DNA of 64,000 nucleotides. Origin: Eubacteriales bacterium (GTDB lineage: Bacteria; Bacillota; Clostridia; Oscillospirales; CAG-272). The number at the start of each line of letters is the position of its first letter. The first letter of the stretch is position 1. Below, in pieces: positions 46,605 to 56,242 of this stretch. Made by a program: the position numbers and the translations under genes. Under the pieces are notes generated by a model, which was given only the letters and a program-made list of their open reading frames with translations, did not search any database and had not been told where the DNA came from. The stretch covers positions 36,634-100,633 of the forward strand of contig JAZRTK010000026.1 in NCBI GenBank assembly GCA_045651985.1, read 5' to 3'.

Positions 46605-47432
46605 ATGAACAATATGTACAGCGGCTCCCAGAGACGCAAACCAAAGAAAAACCCAAACGCGGGCAAGACCCTGCTTATAATTTTCATACTTGCGCTTCTT
46701 TCTGCCGCCGTTATCGTCGGCGCGCTGATAGCGTCGGGCTTCCGCGTGGTGGTTCAGGAAAACGGAGCAGGAGAGGAAGTCAGATTTTTCGGAATGACAG
46801 ACCGCGGTGTGCCGCAGAAAGGACTATTGTTCTACCCCGACGGGGTAAGAGCCGACCTCGACGCAAAAAAGCAGACCATCAAATTTAAAGACGGCTCGGT
46901 GTACACAGGTCAGATAAAGGACCTTCTCCGCGACGGAAATGGCAAGATGATCTATTCAAACGGCGACACATACGAGGGTGAATTTTCCGCAGACCTGCTC
47001 AGCGGCAGCGGAACTTTTACATATAAGTCGGGCGACACCTACGTGGGGGATTACGAAAACGGCAAAAAGTCGGGTATCGGAACGTACACGTGGGCGGACG
47101 GCTCGTCCTATACGGGCGGCTTTGAAAACGATCTTCGCCATGGCAGAGGCAGACAGATCTATAAGGATAAGATCTCCTACTACGAGGGTGATTTCAAGGA
47201 CGGCTTAAAGGACGGTCACGGACTGTTCGTGTTAGCCTCGGGCGACACCTACGACGGGGAGTTTAAAAACGACATGAAGAACGGTCAGGGGAAGTACGCC
47301 TGGGCAAACGGCGACGTTTACGAGGGCGAATTCAAGGACGACGTTCTGTGCGGAATGGGAACGTTTACCTGGGCGTCGGGCAAGTTTTATACGGGCGAGT
47401 TCAAGGACGGTAAGATCGTTTCACAAGAGTAA
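46605..47432 (+). CDS. MORN-repeat protein with N-terminal membrane anchor
   Basis: About eight tandem YxGxxxxGxxxGxG MORN units (YEGEFSADLLSGSG, YVGDYENGKKSGIG, ...). Confidence 0.75.
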   Translation: MNNMYSGSQRRKPKKNPNAGKTLLIIFILALLSAAVIVGALIASGFRVVVQENGAGEEVRFFGMTDRGVPQKGLLFYPDGVRADLDAKKQTIKFKDGSVYTGQIKDLLRDGNGKMIYSNGDTYEGEFSADLLSGSGTFTYKSGDTYVGDYENGKKSGIGTYTWADGSSYTGGFENDLRHGRGRQIYKDKISYYEGDFKDGLKDGHGLFVLASGDTYDGEFKNDMKNGQGKYAWANGDVYEGEFKDDVLCGMGTFTWASGKFYTGEFKDGKIVSQE

Positions 47433-47503
47433 AAAGACATAAATTGCGGGCGCAGGAAAAGACATATTCGGCACCCGCAATTTTAGAAAATACAGAGGAA
47501 AAA

Positions 47504-48136
47504 ATGAAAAGCAATAAGAAAATTACACGAAATCTCATAATCGTACATCTTTTTGCGGCACTTTTGCTCACCGTCTGCTCCTGCAGCTCCGAGCCGCCCG
47601 CGCTTGATGAGGTCAAGGACGAATATGCGGCGCTTATCGAAGCGTCTTACGAGATAAACGGGATCGTCTTCGGCGACGACGTTGAGACCTACGACCGACA
47701 GGACGAGGAGGTCATCAAAAACGGCGTGTATTACGACGTGCCCGAGGGCTTTTATAACTACGAGTTTCTCACCGAGAACAACAAATACAGGACCGAGGAC
47801 GAAATAAGAGACGCGGCACTGAAGGTGTACAGTGAGGACTATATTTTGTCGGTGCTGGACTCCTGCTTTGAGGGCTTTATGGACGACAACGGCGAGACGG
47901 CGGTCCAGCCCAAGTATTTGAACTACACGGGCAGGCTCATGCTGAACACCGAGTACGAGGTGTACGTTGTGGGGGACCGCAGATACGACTTTGACACCAT
48001 GGAGATAACCAAACCGTCGAGCGCAAAGATAGTTAACGTGACCCTTGACGCGCTTGACGGCGACGAGCGCACGAGCACGCGTCTGACCTTCGTTTTGCAG
48101 GACGGCGAGTGGCGACTTGACAGCCCCACCTATTAA
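47504..48136 (+). CDS. putative lipoprotein
   Basis: Start moved to ATG 47504. The signal peptide has a lipobox-like LLLTVCSC. Confidence 0.6.
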   Translation: MKSNKKITRNLIIVHLFAALLLTVCSCSSEPPALDEVKDEYAALIEASYEINGIVFGDDVETYDRQDEEVIKNGVYYDVPEGFYNYEFLTENNKYRTEDEIRDAALKVYSEDYILSVLDSCFEGFMDDNGETAVQPKYLNYTGRLMLNTEYEVYVVGDRRYDFDTMEITKPSSAKIVNVTLDALDGDERTSTRLTFVLQDGEWRLDSPTY

Positions 48137-48988
48137 ATGAAAAACGTCTATATTGAGATAACCAACGTCTGTAACCTGAATTGCTCCTTTTGCCCGGGTC
48201 ATAAACGGCGGCAGGGCTTTATGAACGCCGCCGAATTTGAGAAGGTGATAAGGAAGATAGAGGGAAAGGCGGACAATATTTTTCTTCATGTCATGGGAGA
48301 GCCCCTGCTCCACCCCGAGCTTGAGGAGATCCTTGAAATTGCGGACGGAATGAGGGGAGCTACAGCTCTTAAAATAACCACGAACGGCACGCTTCTTTTT
48401 GAAAAACTGCCGATTTTGCTCGGGTCAAAAAGGCTCAAAACGCTCTGCATCTCATTACACTCATTTGAAGCAAATAACGGCGGAGATTTTGAGGAATATA
48501 TTGAAAAAAGCCTTGAATGTGCGTCGGAAATCGGGAGAGCGGGCAAATTTGCTGTCCTGAGACTTTGGAACGAGGGCGGACTTGACAGCCTGAACGAACA
48601 GATCCTTGAGCTTGTAAAAAAGAGATTTCCGCAGGAAGATTGGGAAAAAACCAGACGGGGCGTGAGGATAGCAGACCGCGTTTTCGTTGAATTCGGGGAG
48701 AAATTCGACTGGCCTGACGCAGATAAAATTCCCGAGAGTATGGATGAGCTTGAGACCGACTGCCACGCTCTGCTGACGCAGTACGCGGTCCTGTGCGACG
48801 GCACGGTAGTGCCCTGCTGCCTCGACCGCAACGGCGATATTCCTCTTGGCAATATCTTTGAGCAGACCCCCGAGGAGATTTTGTCCTCGCCCCGCGCAAA
48901 AAAAATGCGGGACGGCATCGCCGCACACCGTGCAGAGGAAAAGCTTTGCGCCACCTGCTCAAAGCGGTGCGGTGCTTTCCAACCATAA
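48137..48988 (+). CDS. radical SAM protein with Cys-rich (SPASM-like) C-terminus
   Basis: CNLNCSFCPG (CxxxCxxC) at the N-terminus and CCLDRNG..CATCSKRC at the C-terminus. The start abuts the upstream stop. Confidence 0.8.
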   Translation: MKNVYIEITNVCNLNCSFCPGHKRRQGFMNAAEFEKVIRKIEGKADNIFLHVMGEPLLHPELEEILEIADGMRGATALKITTNGTLLFEKLPILLGSKRLKTLCISLHSFEANNGGDFEEYIEKSLECASEIGRAGKFAVLRLWNEGGLDSLNEQILELVKKRFPQEDWEKTRRGVRIADRVFVEFGEKFDWPDADKIPESMDELETDCHALLTQYAVLCDGTVVPCCLDRNGDIPLGNIFEQTPEEILSSPRAKKMRDGIAAHRAEEKLCATCSKRCGAFQP

Positions 48989-49010
48989 AAATCATTCAAA
49001 AGGATAAATT

Positions 49011-50159
49011 ATGATAAAGATATTTCACATGGGAGACGTGCATCTCGACAGCGCATACAGTGCCGTAGCCCTGCCTTTGCGCGAGAAGAAAAGGACACGC
49101 GCAAGAGAGCATTTTGCGCAGGTGGTTGAATATATAAAAAACGGCGGATATGATCTGGTGCTGATCTCGGGCGACCTTTTTGAGAGTGAGTCGCTCACCC
49201 GCGGCGGTGCCGAGTTTTTGAGAGCACAGCTTGGCAATATTCCTTGCCCCGCGGTCATCGCGCCGGGAAACCACGACCCATACGTTCAGGGCTCCTTTTA
49301 CACAGGCGACCTGCCCGAAAACGTCCATGTTTTCAGTGGCGAAGGACTTTCATATTTCGATTTTGATGACCTTGGCGTACGCGTGTACGGCTACGCCTTT
49401 ACAGGCAATTCCCACCGCCAAAATCCCTTAACGGGATTTGAGTGTGAGAAAAGCGGAAAGATAAATGTCCTGTGCGCACACGGTGACACGGCGTCGCCTT
49501 TGTCTCCTTACGCACCCTTGTCGGTGCCCGACATGGAGCGCGCGGGATTTACCTATTGTGCCCTTGCGCATATCCACCGCCCGCCGCGTATAGTCGAGGG
49601 CGATACTGTCGTGGCGTATTCGGGCTTTCTTTTCGGTCAAGGCTTTGACGAAACGGGTAACGGCACAGCCGTTTCCGTTACGATCGAGGACATGGGAGAG
49701 AAAGCTTTAGCCGAGGCTGAACGGGTGACATTTGAGGGAGCAAGATATGAGATCGCGACCGTCGGCATCGACGGCGCGCAAAACGACGCCGAGGTAGCTG
49801 AAATTATACGTAAAACCACCGAAAAATACGGCGCGGACGTGTCCTTGCGCGTGACGTTGACGGGGAATATTAAAAAGGAATACCGCCCCGACACCCGCCG
49901 ACTTGCGCTACAGCTGTCCGACGGACTTGAATATCTTGAGGTCAAGGACGGCACCCTGCCCCTGCTCGGAAGCGAGGTATACGAGGCAGATCAGACGGTA
50001 GTGGGAGAGCTTTTCCGCACCTTGAAAGAGAAAATGATGTGCGGCGACGAGCGTCAAAGAGCTGTTGCGGCAATGGCTTTTAGAGTGGGCTTGGCAGCAA
50101 TAGAGGACCGTGAGATAACCCCGATCCTCGGCATCTCCGAGGAAGAAGGCGAGGACTGA
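49011..50159 (+). CDS. SbcD/Mre11-like metallophosphoesterase (YhaO-like)
   Basis: The HMGDVHLD, ISGDLFE, PGNHD and AHGD calcineurin-like motifs. Confidence 0.8.
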   Translation: MIKIFHMGDVHLDSAYSAVALPLREKKRTRAREHFAQVVEYIKNGGYDLVLISGDLFESESLTRGGAEFLRAQLGNIPCPAVIAPGNHDPYVQGSFYTGDLPENVHVFSGEGLSYFDFDDLGVRVYGYAFTGNSHRQNPLTGFECEKSGKINVLCAHGDTASPLSPYAPLSVPDMERAGFTYCALAHIHRPPRIVEGDTVVAYSGFLFGQGFDETGNGTAVSVTIEDMGEKALAEAERVTFEGARYEIATVGIDGAQNDAEVAEIIRKTTEKYGADVSLRVTLTGNIKKEYRPDTRRLALQLSDGLEYLEVKDGTLPLLGSEVYEADQTVVGELFRTLKEKMMCGDERQRAVAAMAFRVGLAAIEDREITPILGISEEEGED

Positions 50160-50161
50160 AA

Positions 50162-52483
50162 TTGATTATTAGAAGTGTTTACATAAAGGAATTCGGTTCG
50201 ATCGTTGACCGCGAAATAAACTTTCACGATGGGCTGAATATCATTGAGGGCGACAACGAATCGGGAAAAAGCACCCTGTTGTCCTTTATCAAATTCATGC
50301 TTTACGGACTGCAAAAAAAGACGGCGGGAGAGGTGGTTTCCGAAAAGGAAAGAGCATTTTCGTGGAACACAGGGATCGCCGCGGGGGCTATGACCGTGCA
50401 GACTGACGAAGGGATCTTCCGTATTGAGCGAAGTGCCAAGGCGTCATCGCGCGCCGAAACGCCGAAGATCTTCAATGCTGAAACGGGCGAGCAGGTACAT
50501 TCGGGAGAAAACCCCGGAGAGCTGTTTTTCGGTCTGCCGTTGAACGTATTTGAAAGCACCGCCTGTGTAAAACAGCTGAAATGCACACAGCTTGACGGTG
50601 GCGGACTCGGCACGTCAATAGAAAACCTTATGGTAGCGGCGGACGAGAACACCAGCGTAAAAAAGGCGGCACAAAAGCTTGACAGCATCCGCAAAAAGCT
50701 GCAGCACAAAAGCGGCAGAGGGGGAGAGATCGCTGAGATCGAGGACGAGGTCTTGGCGCTTCAGACCCGCATAAAAAACGCGGGCGAGCGCGCAAAGCAC
50801 ATGGCGATGAAGGAAGCGTCCCTTGAGAGCGCGGATAAAATAATAGCCGAGGCGAGAGCGACCCTGGAGGAAGAAAAGACGCTGAGCCGCGCTTACGAGA
50901 AGCGTCAGACTCTGATCCGCTTTGAAGCACTGAAAAGCGCGGAAAAGCGCGTTGAAAGCTTAAAAAAACAGGAAAAAGAGGAGCTGGAGAGCGGTCGGTT
51001 TGGAGGCAGACTGCCCGACGCCACAGAAATTTCGACGCTGTCCGAGCTTCGCATAAAATACACCCAGACAAAGGAGAGCCGCGTACGCGCCGAGGCGGGA
51101 TTTGAGGAGCTTAAAAGGCAGAGGGTTTCCGAGGACGAAATTGACCGCCAGGCCCGCCTCATGACCGACGAGGGCGGAGAGCGAGCCGTGCTTGAAAATT
51201 ATTCCGTAGGACTGAAAAAGTCGGGTAAAGCAAGGAAAACGGGTGTTTTGTTTTTGATATTTTCGGTGATCTGTACCCTTTTGGGCGGAGTTTTTGCCCT
51301 GACCGTCAGCTTTTTGCCTACGCTGATAGCACTGGGTAAAACTGTGAAGATCGTCTGCTCCGCGCTTGCGTTCTCGTGCGCCGTTTTGTGTGTGGTAACG
51401 GGAATTTCGCGCTTTGTAAAGTCGAAAAAGCTCGAAAAGGAAAGCGACGGGATCATAGAGACCTACGGCTGCAGCGAATATAGCCGAGAGGCGCTTGTTA
51501 TACGGCTTGCCGCCCTGCGCCACCGTATCTCCGAGCGTGAGAGCTTTGAAGCTATGGTCTGCCGTCTGCGGGACGGCATCGGCGAGGCTGTTGCCGCCGA
51601 AAAGAGCGCCGAGGAGCAGCTTTCAAGACAGCTTCGCGCACTTTGTTCCAAAGAAAATTTCGAAGACGGCGAGTTGGAGAAGATATCCGTTCAGCTGGCA
51701 GAGGAGTACCGCGTGCTTGCCGAAAAGGTGGGCGAGATCAGGCGGGATATTGACAAATACAGCGCCCTTGCCACCGAGCGCCGAGCCGAGCTTTCTTCCT
51801 ACGACGAAAACGAGATACGAAGCGCGGTAACCCCCGAAATAGAGGAAAAGCTGGCAACGTTGAATATCACCATGCTCCGCCGAGACATAGATTTCCAGCA
51901 GGCGAGGCTTGAGTCCGCCATGCAGAAAAAGCAGTCGGCAGAGCGCGAGATGATAACCCTGCAAGCCACCTCCGAGGATGGAGAAAAGCTTTCTTCTCGG
52001 TTAGAGGAGCAGAAAAAATTGCTTGACTCCCGCCGTTTTATGCTGGACAGCCTGACACTTGCCGCCGAGAGCATAGCGCAAGCGTCGGATGCGGTCCGCC
52101 GCAACATAACACCCCGTCTCCGCCGCCACGCGGGAGAGATACTGGGACGGCTCACAGACGGAAAGTACACCGAGCTTTCAATTTCGCCCGATTTCACTGT
52201 CAGCGTTCTGGCTGACGGCGAGACGAGACCTGTTGAGGCACTGAGCAGCGGCACGCGCGACGCGGCGTACCTTGCTATTCGTCTGGCACTTGTGTCCGTG
52301 CTTTACCGAAACGAAAAGCCCGCATTGCTTTTCGATGAGATCCTTTCCCAGATAGACGATACAAGAGCGAAAAATATTCTTGAAATGCTTTCCGAGTACA
52401 CGAAAAACGGCACGCAGTGCTTGCTTTTCACCTGCCACACCCGCGAGTCGTCCATGACGGATGCCTACGCGGTCAGAATGTGA
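50162..52483 (+). CDS. SbcC/Rad50-like AAA ATPase (YhaN-like)
   Basis: TTG start. GDNESGKST Walker A, long coiled-coil segments, and C-terminal LSSGTRD signature with LLFDEILSQIDD Walker B. Confidence 0.75.
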   Translation: MIIRSVYIKEFGSIVDREINFHDGLNIIEGDNESGKSTLLSFIKFMLYGLQKKTAGEVVSEKERAFSWNTGIAAGAMTVQTDEGIFRIERSAKASSRAETPKIFNAETGEQVHSGENPGELFFGLPLNVFESTACVKQLKCTQLDGGGLGTSIENLMVAADENTSVKKAAQKLDSIRKKLQHKSGRGGEIAEIEDEVLALQTRIKNAGERAKHMAMKEASLESADKIIAEARATLEEEKTLSRAYEKRQTLIRFEALKSAEKRVESLKKQEKEELESGRFGGRLPDATEISTLSELRIKYTQTKESRVRAEAGFEELKRQRVSEDEIDRQARLMTDEGGERAVLENYSVGLKKSGKARKTGVLFLIFSVICTLLGGVFALTVSFLPTLIALGKTVKIVCSALAFSCAVLCVVTGISRFVKSKKLEKESDGIIETYGCSEYSREALVIRLAALRHRISERESFEAMVCRLRDGIGEAVAAEKSAEEQLSRQLRALCSKENFEDGELEKISVQLAEEYRVLAEKVGEIRRDIDKYSALATERRAELSSYDENEIRSAVTPEIEEKLATLNITMLRRDIDFQQARLESAMQKKQSAEREMITLQATSEDGEKLSSRLEEQKKLLDSRRFMLDSLTLAAESIAQASDAVRRNITPRLRRHAGEILGRLTDGKYTELSISPDFTVSVLADGETRPVEALSSGTRDAAYLAIRLALVSVLYRNEKPALLFDEILSQIDDTRAKNILEMLSEYTKNGTQCLLFTCHTRESSMTDAYAVRM

Positions 52484-52549
52484 CCGAGACTTTTTTAAAA
52501 AGGGGCAAGTACCCCGTAACCCCCAAAAATCCACCCGAAGGAGAAAAAA

Positions 52550-55096
52550 ATGAAAAAACTGTTTTTCATACTTGCCACACTTGCCGTAACCCTCCTTGCC
52601 CTCACCGCGTGCGGTGACAGAACGGGAGAAGCGGACGGCATAACAAAGGTAAAATATGACTCCGAGACGGGAAAGGTGTCCCTTGTGGCAACGCTCACAT
52701 CTGACACGTTAAAGCAATACAAAAATGAGACTTTGTACTTGATGGAGATACCTGCGGGACAGTCGGTGCGTGACGTTGCAACCTCTGTGCCTGCGGCACA
52801 GATGAAAGCCAAAGGTACAATGGAGCACTCCCTGGAGCTGAAAAGCGGCGCGCGCACTCTGCTCTATTCGGGATTTGTTCTGGCGTACTATAATTACGCC
52901 GAGGGCTATACGCCCATCGGCGAGGTGAGATACGTTGAAAACCCTGACGCACTTGCCGCCTCAAAGCAAAAATACCCGACCTACACCTCACAAAAAGGAC
53001 TTTTCGTGTCCTCAGCGGCACAGGCGGTCAAAACGGGTGTAAAGCACACGGTGATACGAGTTCCCATTGAAGATTTCATTCGCGCCAAGGGCGACGAGGA
53101 GACATTTGCTACCATTTTCTGCGGAAATTCCTATTACATCGACCGCTCAGCGATCGCAAAGCTCGACCACAAGGTGAAAACCATGTCGGAGTCGGGAATT
53201 GAGGTGCTTTTGCAGTTCACCCTTGACACCGACCCGTACGAGCTTGAGGCAGGTGTCGGTAAGCTGGCATCCCTTTACACCCAAGGCGGAAAATCCCCCG
53301 AGGGAGAAAGCGATCACTACGCGACGGCGGTAAATGACCCCGACGGATTTGAAAAGCTGGCGTCCTTTTTTGAATATATAGGCGCACGCTACACCCGAGA
53401 GGACGGTGAATACGGTTTTGCGGGAGCGTTCATTATCGGCGACAGCGTAAACGATCTTGAAAGCGCCAACACCGACATCGAGCGCACTCTGGCGGAGACC
53501 ACCGAGCGCTACGCGACCATTTTCCGCATAGCATATACAGCACTGCGCTCAAAGTACGCAAACGGCAAAATTTTCGTGCCCGTTAACAGTGAGTGGACGG
53601 TGGATATATCCCCCGAAGCGGATAATACGGCACCCGAAACGGGTGACCAAACGCAAGAGGGCAACACAGACGAAAGTACCCTTACTCCCATGCCCGTGGC
53701 GCGGCGCCGCCGATTTGGTGCAAGAGAGTTTCTTTCCAACTTTGCCGCGAAGGTCAAGCTTGGCGGAGATATTTCCTATTCGGTTTGCCTGACGCTTCTC
53801 CACGACGGTGACAGCGACGTAAAGAACGACGCTTCCGAGGGAGGACAGATACCGAGCAAGATAAATTGCGGCAATCTTACCGCCGTGAACACGTTTCTTA
53901 ACAGTGCGGGCTTGACCTTTGGCGGCGAACGCCGAGAGCTTTCGGTGATCGCCTCGATCCCCGCCTCAAACGAGAAAAAAATGGCTCAGTCATATGCAGA
54001 GCTTTATTTTGCCTGCGCGGATAACGGCGTTTCCGCCTTTATTTACAACGGCGAGCGGGACGGCGAAACGGGCAACGGCGAGACGGGACTCATGACCGCT
54101 GTCGCCGAGGGACAAAAGGGAGAAACGCGTAAGATATACGACATTTTCTGCTCAATTGACCGCGCAGACGGTGCCGAGACCCTTTCAAAGCTCTCGGAAT
54201 CACTTGGAAAGAGAGCTGAGAAATACGCAGACGGAAAAACTCTCGCGTATCACGTAAGCGAAAAGGGCTCGAACACGGAAATTAAGGTAAAGCGGGGGCA
54301 AAAAAATGCACTTTTCGCCTTTGACGGCGCAAGCGCAGCGGGATTTTACCCCGCATACAGTGCTCTTTCCGTAGAGCCTTGTGCCGAGAACGGTGCGGGA
54401 AGCGTCTTTGCCGCCCTGTCGCCGCTTGGTCCCGGCGACCTTATGGGGATCCGTTCTCCCGAAATTTCGGGAGCGGACTTTGAGCGAGTGAAGGTTGTAA
54501 AATTGACCCTCAACGTGGAGCTTCCAACCTCCAACACGGGCAAAATCACTCTTTTCCTGCAAGGTATGGGTGAAAAATCCGTCAGCTACGAGGGTCAGGC
54601 GACTGTCCAGTCCGGCAATTTGCAGACGGTTTGGTTCGATATTTCAAAATTTTCCGAGGAGATAGACGAAAAAGACCTTGTACGCTTGTCGCTGTGGTGC
54701 GAGGCGGATAATAACGCACCCATCAGGGCAGACGAGCCGTCCGATGCGGGATATTCTCTGACCCTGCATGGGGTCGAGCTTGTTTCAAAGAAGCCTGTCA
54801 GCCCTCTGTGGTGGATAATTCCTCTGATTTTGGTGCTTGGCGCGGGAATCTTCTTCTTCCTTTACGGAAAGTCAGCCACTGAAAGAGCACCTTCAAGCTA
54901 CCGCAAGGACCCCGCACGTGAGCACAGCGGTCGCCAAGGAGCACGCAGAACGGGCAGACCCGCGCAACGTCGGGGGCGTCATCAAGGCAGACAGGGATAC
55001 GGCGCACCCAATACGCAACCCCGCCGCCCTCAAAATCAAAACTCCCACGCAAGAGACCCAAGACCCCCTCAAAATACTTTAAACGGGAGAATTTGA
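52550..55096 (+). CDS. large lipoprotein with additional C-terminal TM helix and R/Q/P-rich tail
   Basis: LLALTACG lipobox, C-terminal PLWWIIPLILVLGAGIFFFLY, then an Arg/Gln/Pro-rich tail. Confidence 0.6.
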   Translation: MKKLFFILATLAVTLLALTACGDRTGEADGITKVKYDSETGKVSLVATLTSDTLKQYKNETLYLMEIPAGQSVRDVATSVPAAQMKAKGTMEHSLELKSGARTLLYSGFVLAYYNYAEGYTPIGEVRYVENPDALAASKQKYPTYTSQKGLFVSSAAQAVKTGVKHTVIRVPIEDFIRAKGDEETFATIFCGNSYYIDRSAIAKLDHKVKTMSESGIEVLLQFTLDTDPYELEAGVGKLASLYTQGGKSPEGESDHYATAVNDPDGFEKLASFFEYIGARYTREDGEYGFAGAFIIGDSVNDLESANTDIERTLAETTERYATIFRIAYTALRSKYANGKIFVPVNSEWTVDISPEADNTAPETGDQTQEGNTDESTLTPMPVARRRRFGAREFLSNFAAKVKLGGDISYSVCLTLLHDGDSDVKNDASEGGQIPSKINCGNLTAVNTFLNSAGLTFGGERRELSVIASIPASNEKKMAQSYAELYFACADNGVSAFIYNGERDGETGNGETGLMTAVAEGQKGETRKIYDIFCSIDRADGAETLSKLSESLGKRAEKYADGKTLAYHVSEKGSNTEIKVKRGQKNALFAFDGASAAGFYPAYSALSVEPCAENGAGSVFAALSPLGPGDLMGIRSPEISGADFERVKVVKLTLNVELPTSNTGKITLFLQGMGEKSVSYEGQATVQSGNLQTVWFDISKFSEEIDEKDLVRLSLWCEADNNAPIRADEPSDAGYSLTLHGVELVSKKPVSPLWWIIPLILVLGAGIFFFLYGKSATERAPSSYRKDPAREHSGRQGARRTGRPAQRRGRHQGRQGYGAPNTQPRRPQNQNSHARDPRPPQNTLNGRI

Positions 55097-55136
55097 GCTT
55101 TAATACCTTGCCCAAAACGGCAGAAAGGAGACCCGA

Positions 55137-55976
55137 ATGGATATTCGCGACCGCGAGTTTTCAAGTGAGATAACCCGATACGAGACCAAGACCGAGGACT
55201 ATTACTGTATGCGGAGAAACGAGCAGTCACGCGGCAAGCTGCACTGCCGTCCTCACCTGCACTACCATATAGAGTTCGGAATCCTGAGGGAGGGCAACAC
55301 CACGTTTTTTGTGGATTCGGCGGAGTACAAAATAGAGCCGGGCGACATTTTCATCGCTTTTCCCAACCAGATCCACCGATACGATTCAATTGATTTCGAG
55401 CAGTACGATCTTATAATCGCCAATCCCGACACCATGCCCGAGCTTTCCGGCGTTTTCGGCTCCTGCGTACCAAAGAACGCGGTGCTAAAAAAATGTGCGC
55501 AAACGGAGCATTTGGGAGAGCTTATCGGCGAGATCTGCCGAGCAAATTCCAATACCGACGGTCAGTACCGTGAGCTGGTGGTCAAAGGATATATGCTGTC
55601 CTTTTTTGGAGAGCTTCTGTCGGTCATGGAGCTTTCGGACACGAAGCTGGGCGACTCCCACGCGCTCAAAAGCGTGGTAAACTACTGCACCAAGAATTTT
55701 TCAAAGGACTTGTCCCTGTCAATTCTTGAAAACGAGCTTCACATCAGCAAATATTACATTTCCCACTTGTTTTCAAATAAGTTAAAGGTTCGGTTTAACG
55801 ATTATATAAACTCCCTGCGTATCTCGGAGGCTTGCCGCCGCCTGCGCCGAAGCGACGATACGGTGACGGAGATCTCCGAGGCGGTGGGTTTTGGCACTTT
55901 GCGAACCTTCAACCGCGCCTTTACAAAGCAAATGGGAATGTCCCCGTCCGAGTATAAAAGGCAGAACAGCAGATAA
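55137..55976 (+). CDS. AraC-family transcriptional regulator (cupin + HTH)
   Basis: C-terminal double HTH (..ISEAVGFGTLRTFNRAFTKQMGMSPSEYK). Confidence 0.85.
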   Translation: MDIRDREFSSEITRYETKTEDYYCMRRNEQSRGKLHCRPHLHYHIEFGILREGNTTFFVDSAEYKIEPGDIFIAFPNQIHRYDSIDFEQYDLIIANPDTMPELSGVFGSCVPKNAVLKKCAQTEHLGELIGEICRANSNTDGQYRELVVKGYMLSFFGELLSVMELSDTKLGDSHALKSVVNYCTKNFSKDLSLSILENELHISKYYISHLFSNKLKVRFNDYINSLRISEACRRLRRSDDTVTEISEAVGFGTLRTFNRAFTKQMGMSPSEYKRQNSR

Positions 55977-56007
55977 AAAGCGAGACCCGAAAGGGTCTCG
56001 CTTTTTA
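55976..56007 (+). terminator. intrinsic terminator after the AraC-like gene
   Basis: AAAAGCGAGACCC-gaaa-GGGTCTCGCTTTTT. Confidence 0.85.
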
Positions 56008-56173
56008 TCTGCCCGTGATCTTCCGTATGAGTTTTGCGATAAATCCGGGGGGTTTGATAACGAAGATCTTCATATGTAAACGCCTCCTTGGCTTTTTTAA
56101 CAGTATATTCCGCCACAGGGCGGCGGGTGAAAGGAAAAACGGGTAAAATGTGGGTCTGATTTATAAAATACAG

Positions 56174-56202
56174 TAGACAAAACGGTAATTTTATGATAGA
56201 AT
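56174..56202 (+). promoter_or_regulatory. candidate galK promoter
   Basis: TAGACA (56174-56179), 17-nt spacer, TGaTAGAAT (-10 at 56197-56202). Confidence 0.4.
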
Positions 56203-56242
56203 GATATCTGTATAGAAATAACTTCACCGAAAGGAAAAAAAT

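Noticed and set aside
47483-48999. Minus-strand ORFs of 276, 237, 186 and 155 aa overlapping the lipoprotein and radical-SAM genes
   Set aside because: They overlap each other in several frames, lack RBS context and have skewed Arg/Ser/Pro composition. The plus-strand genes carry clear motifs (lipobox, CxxxCxxC).
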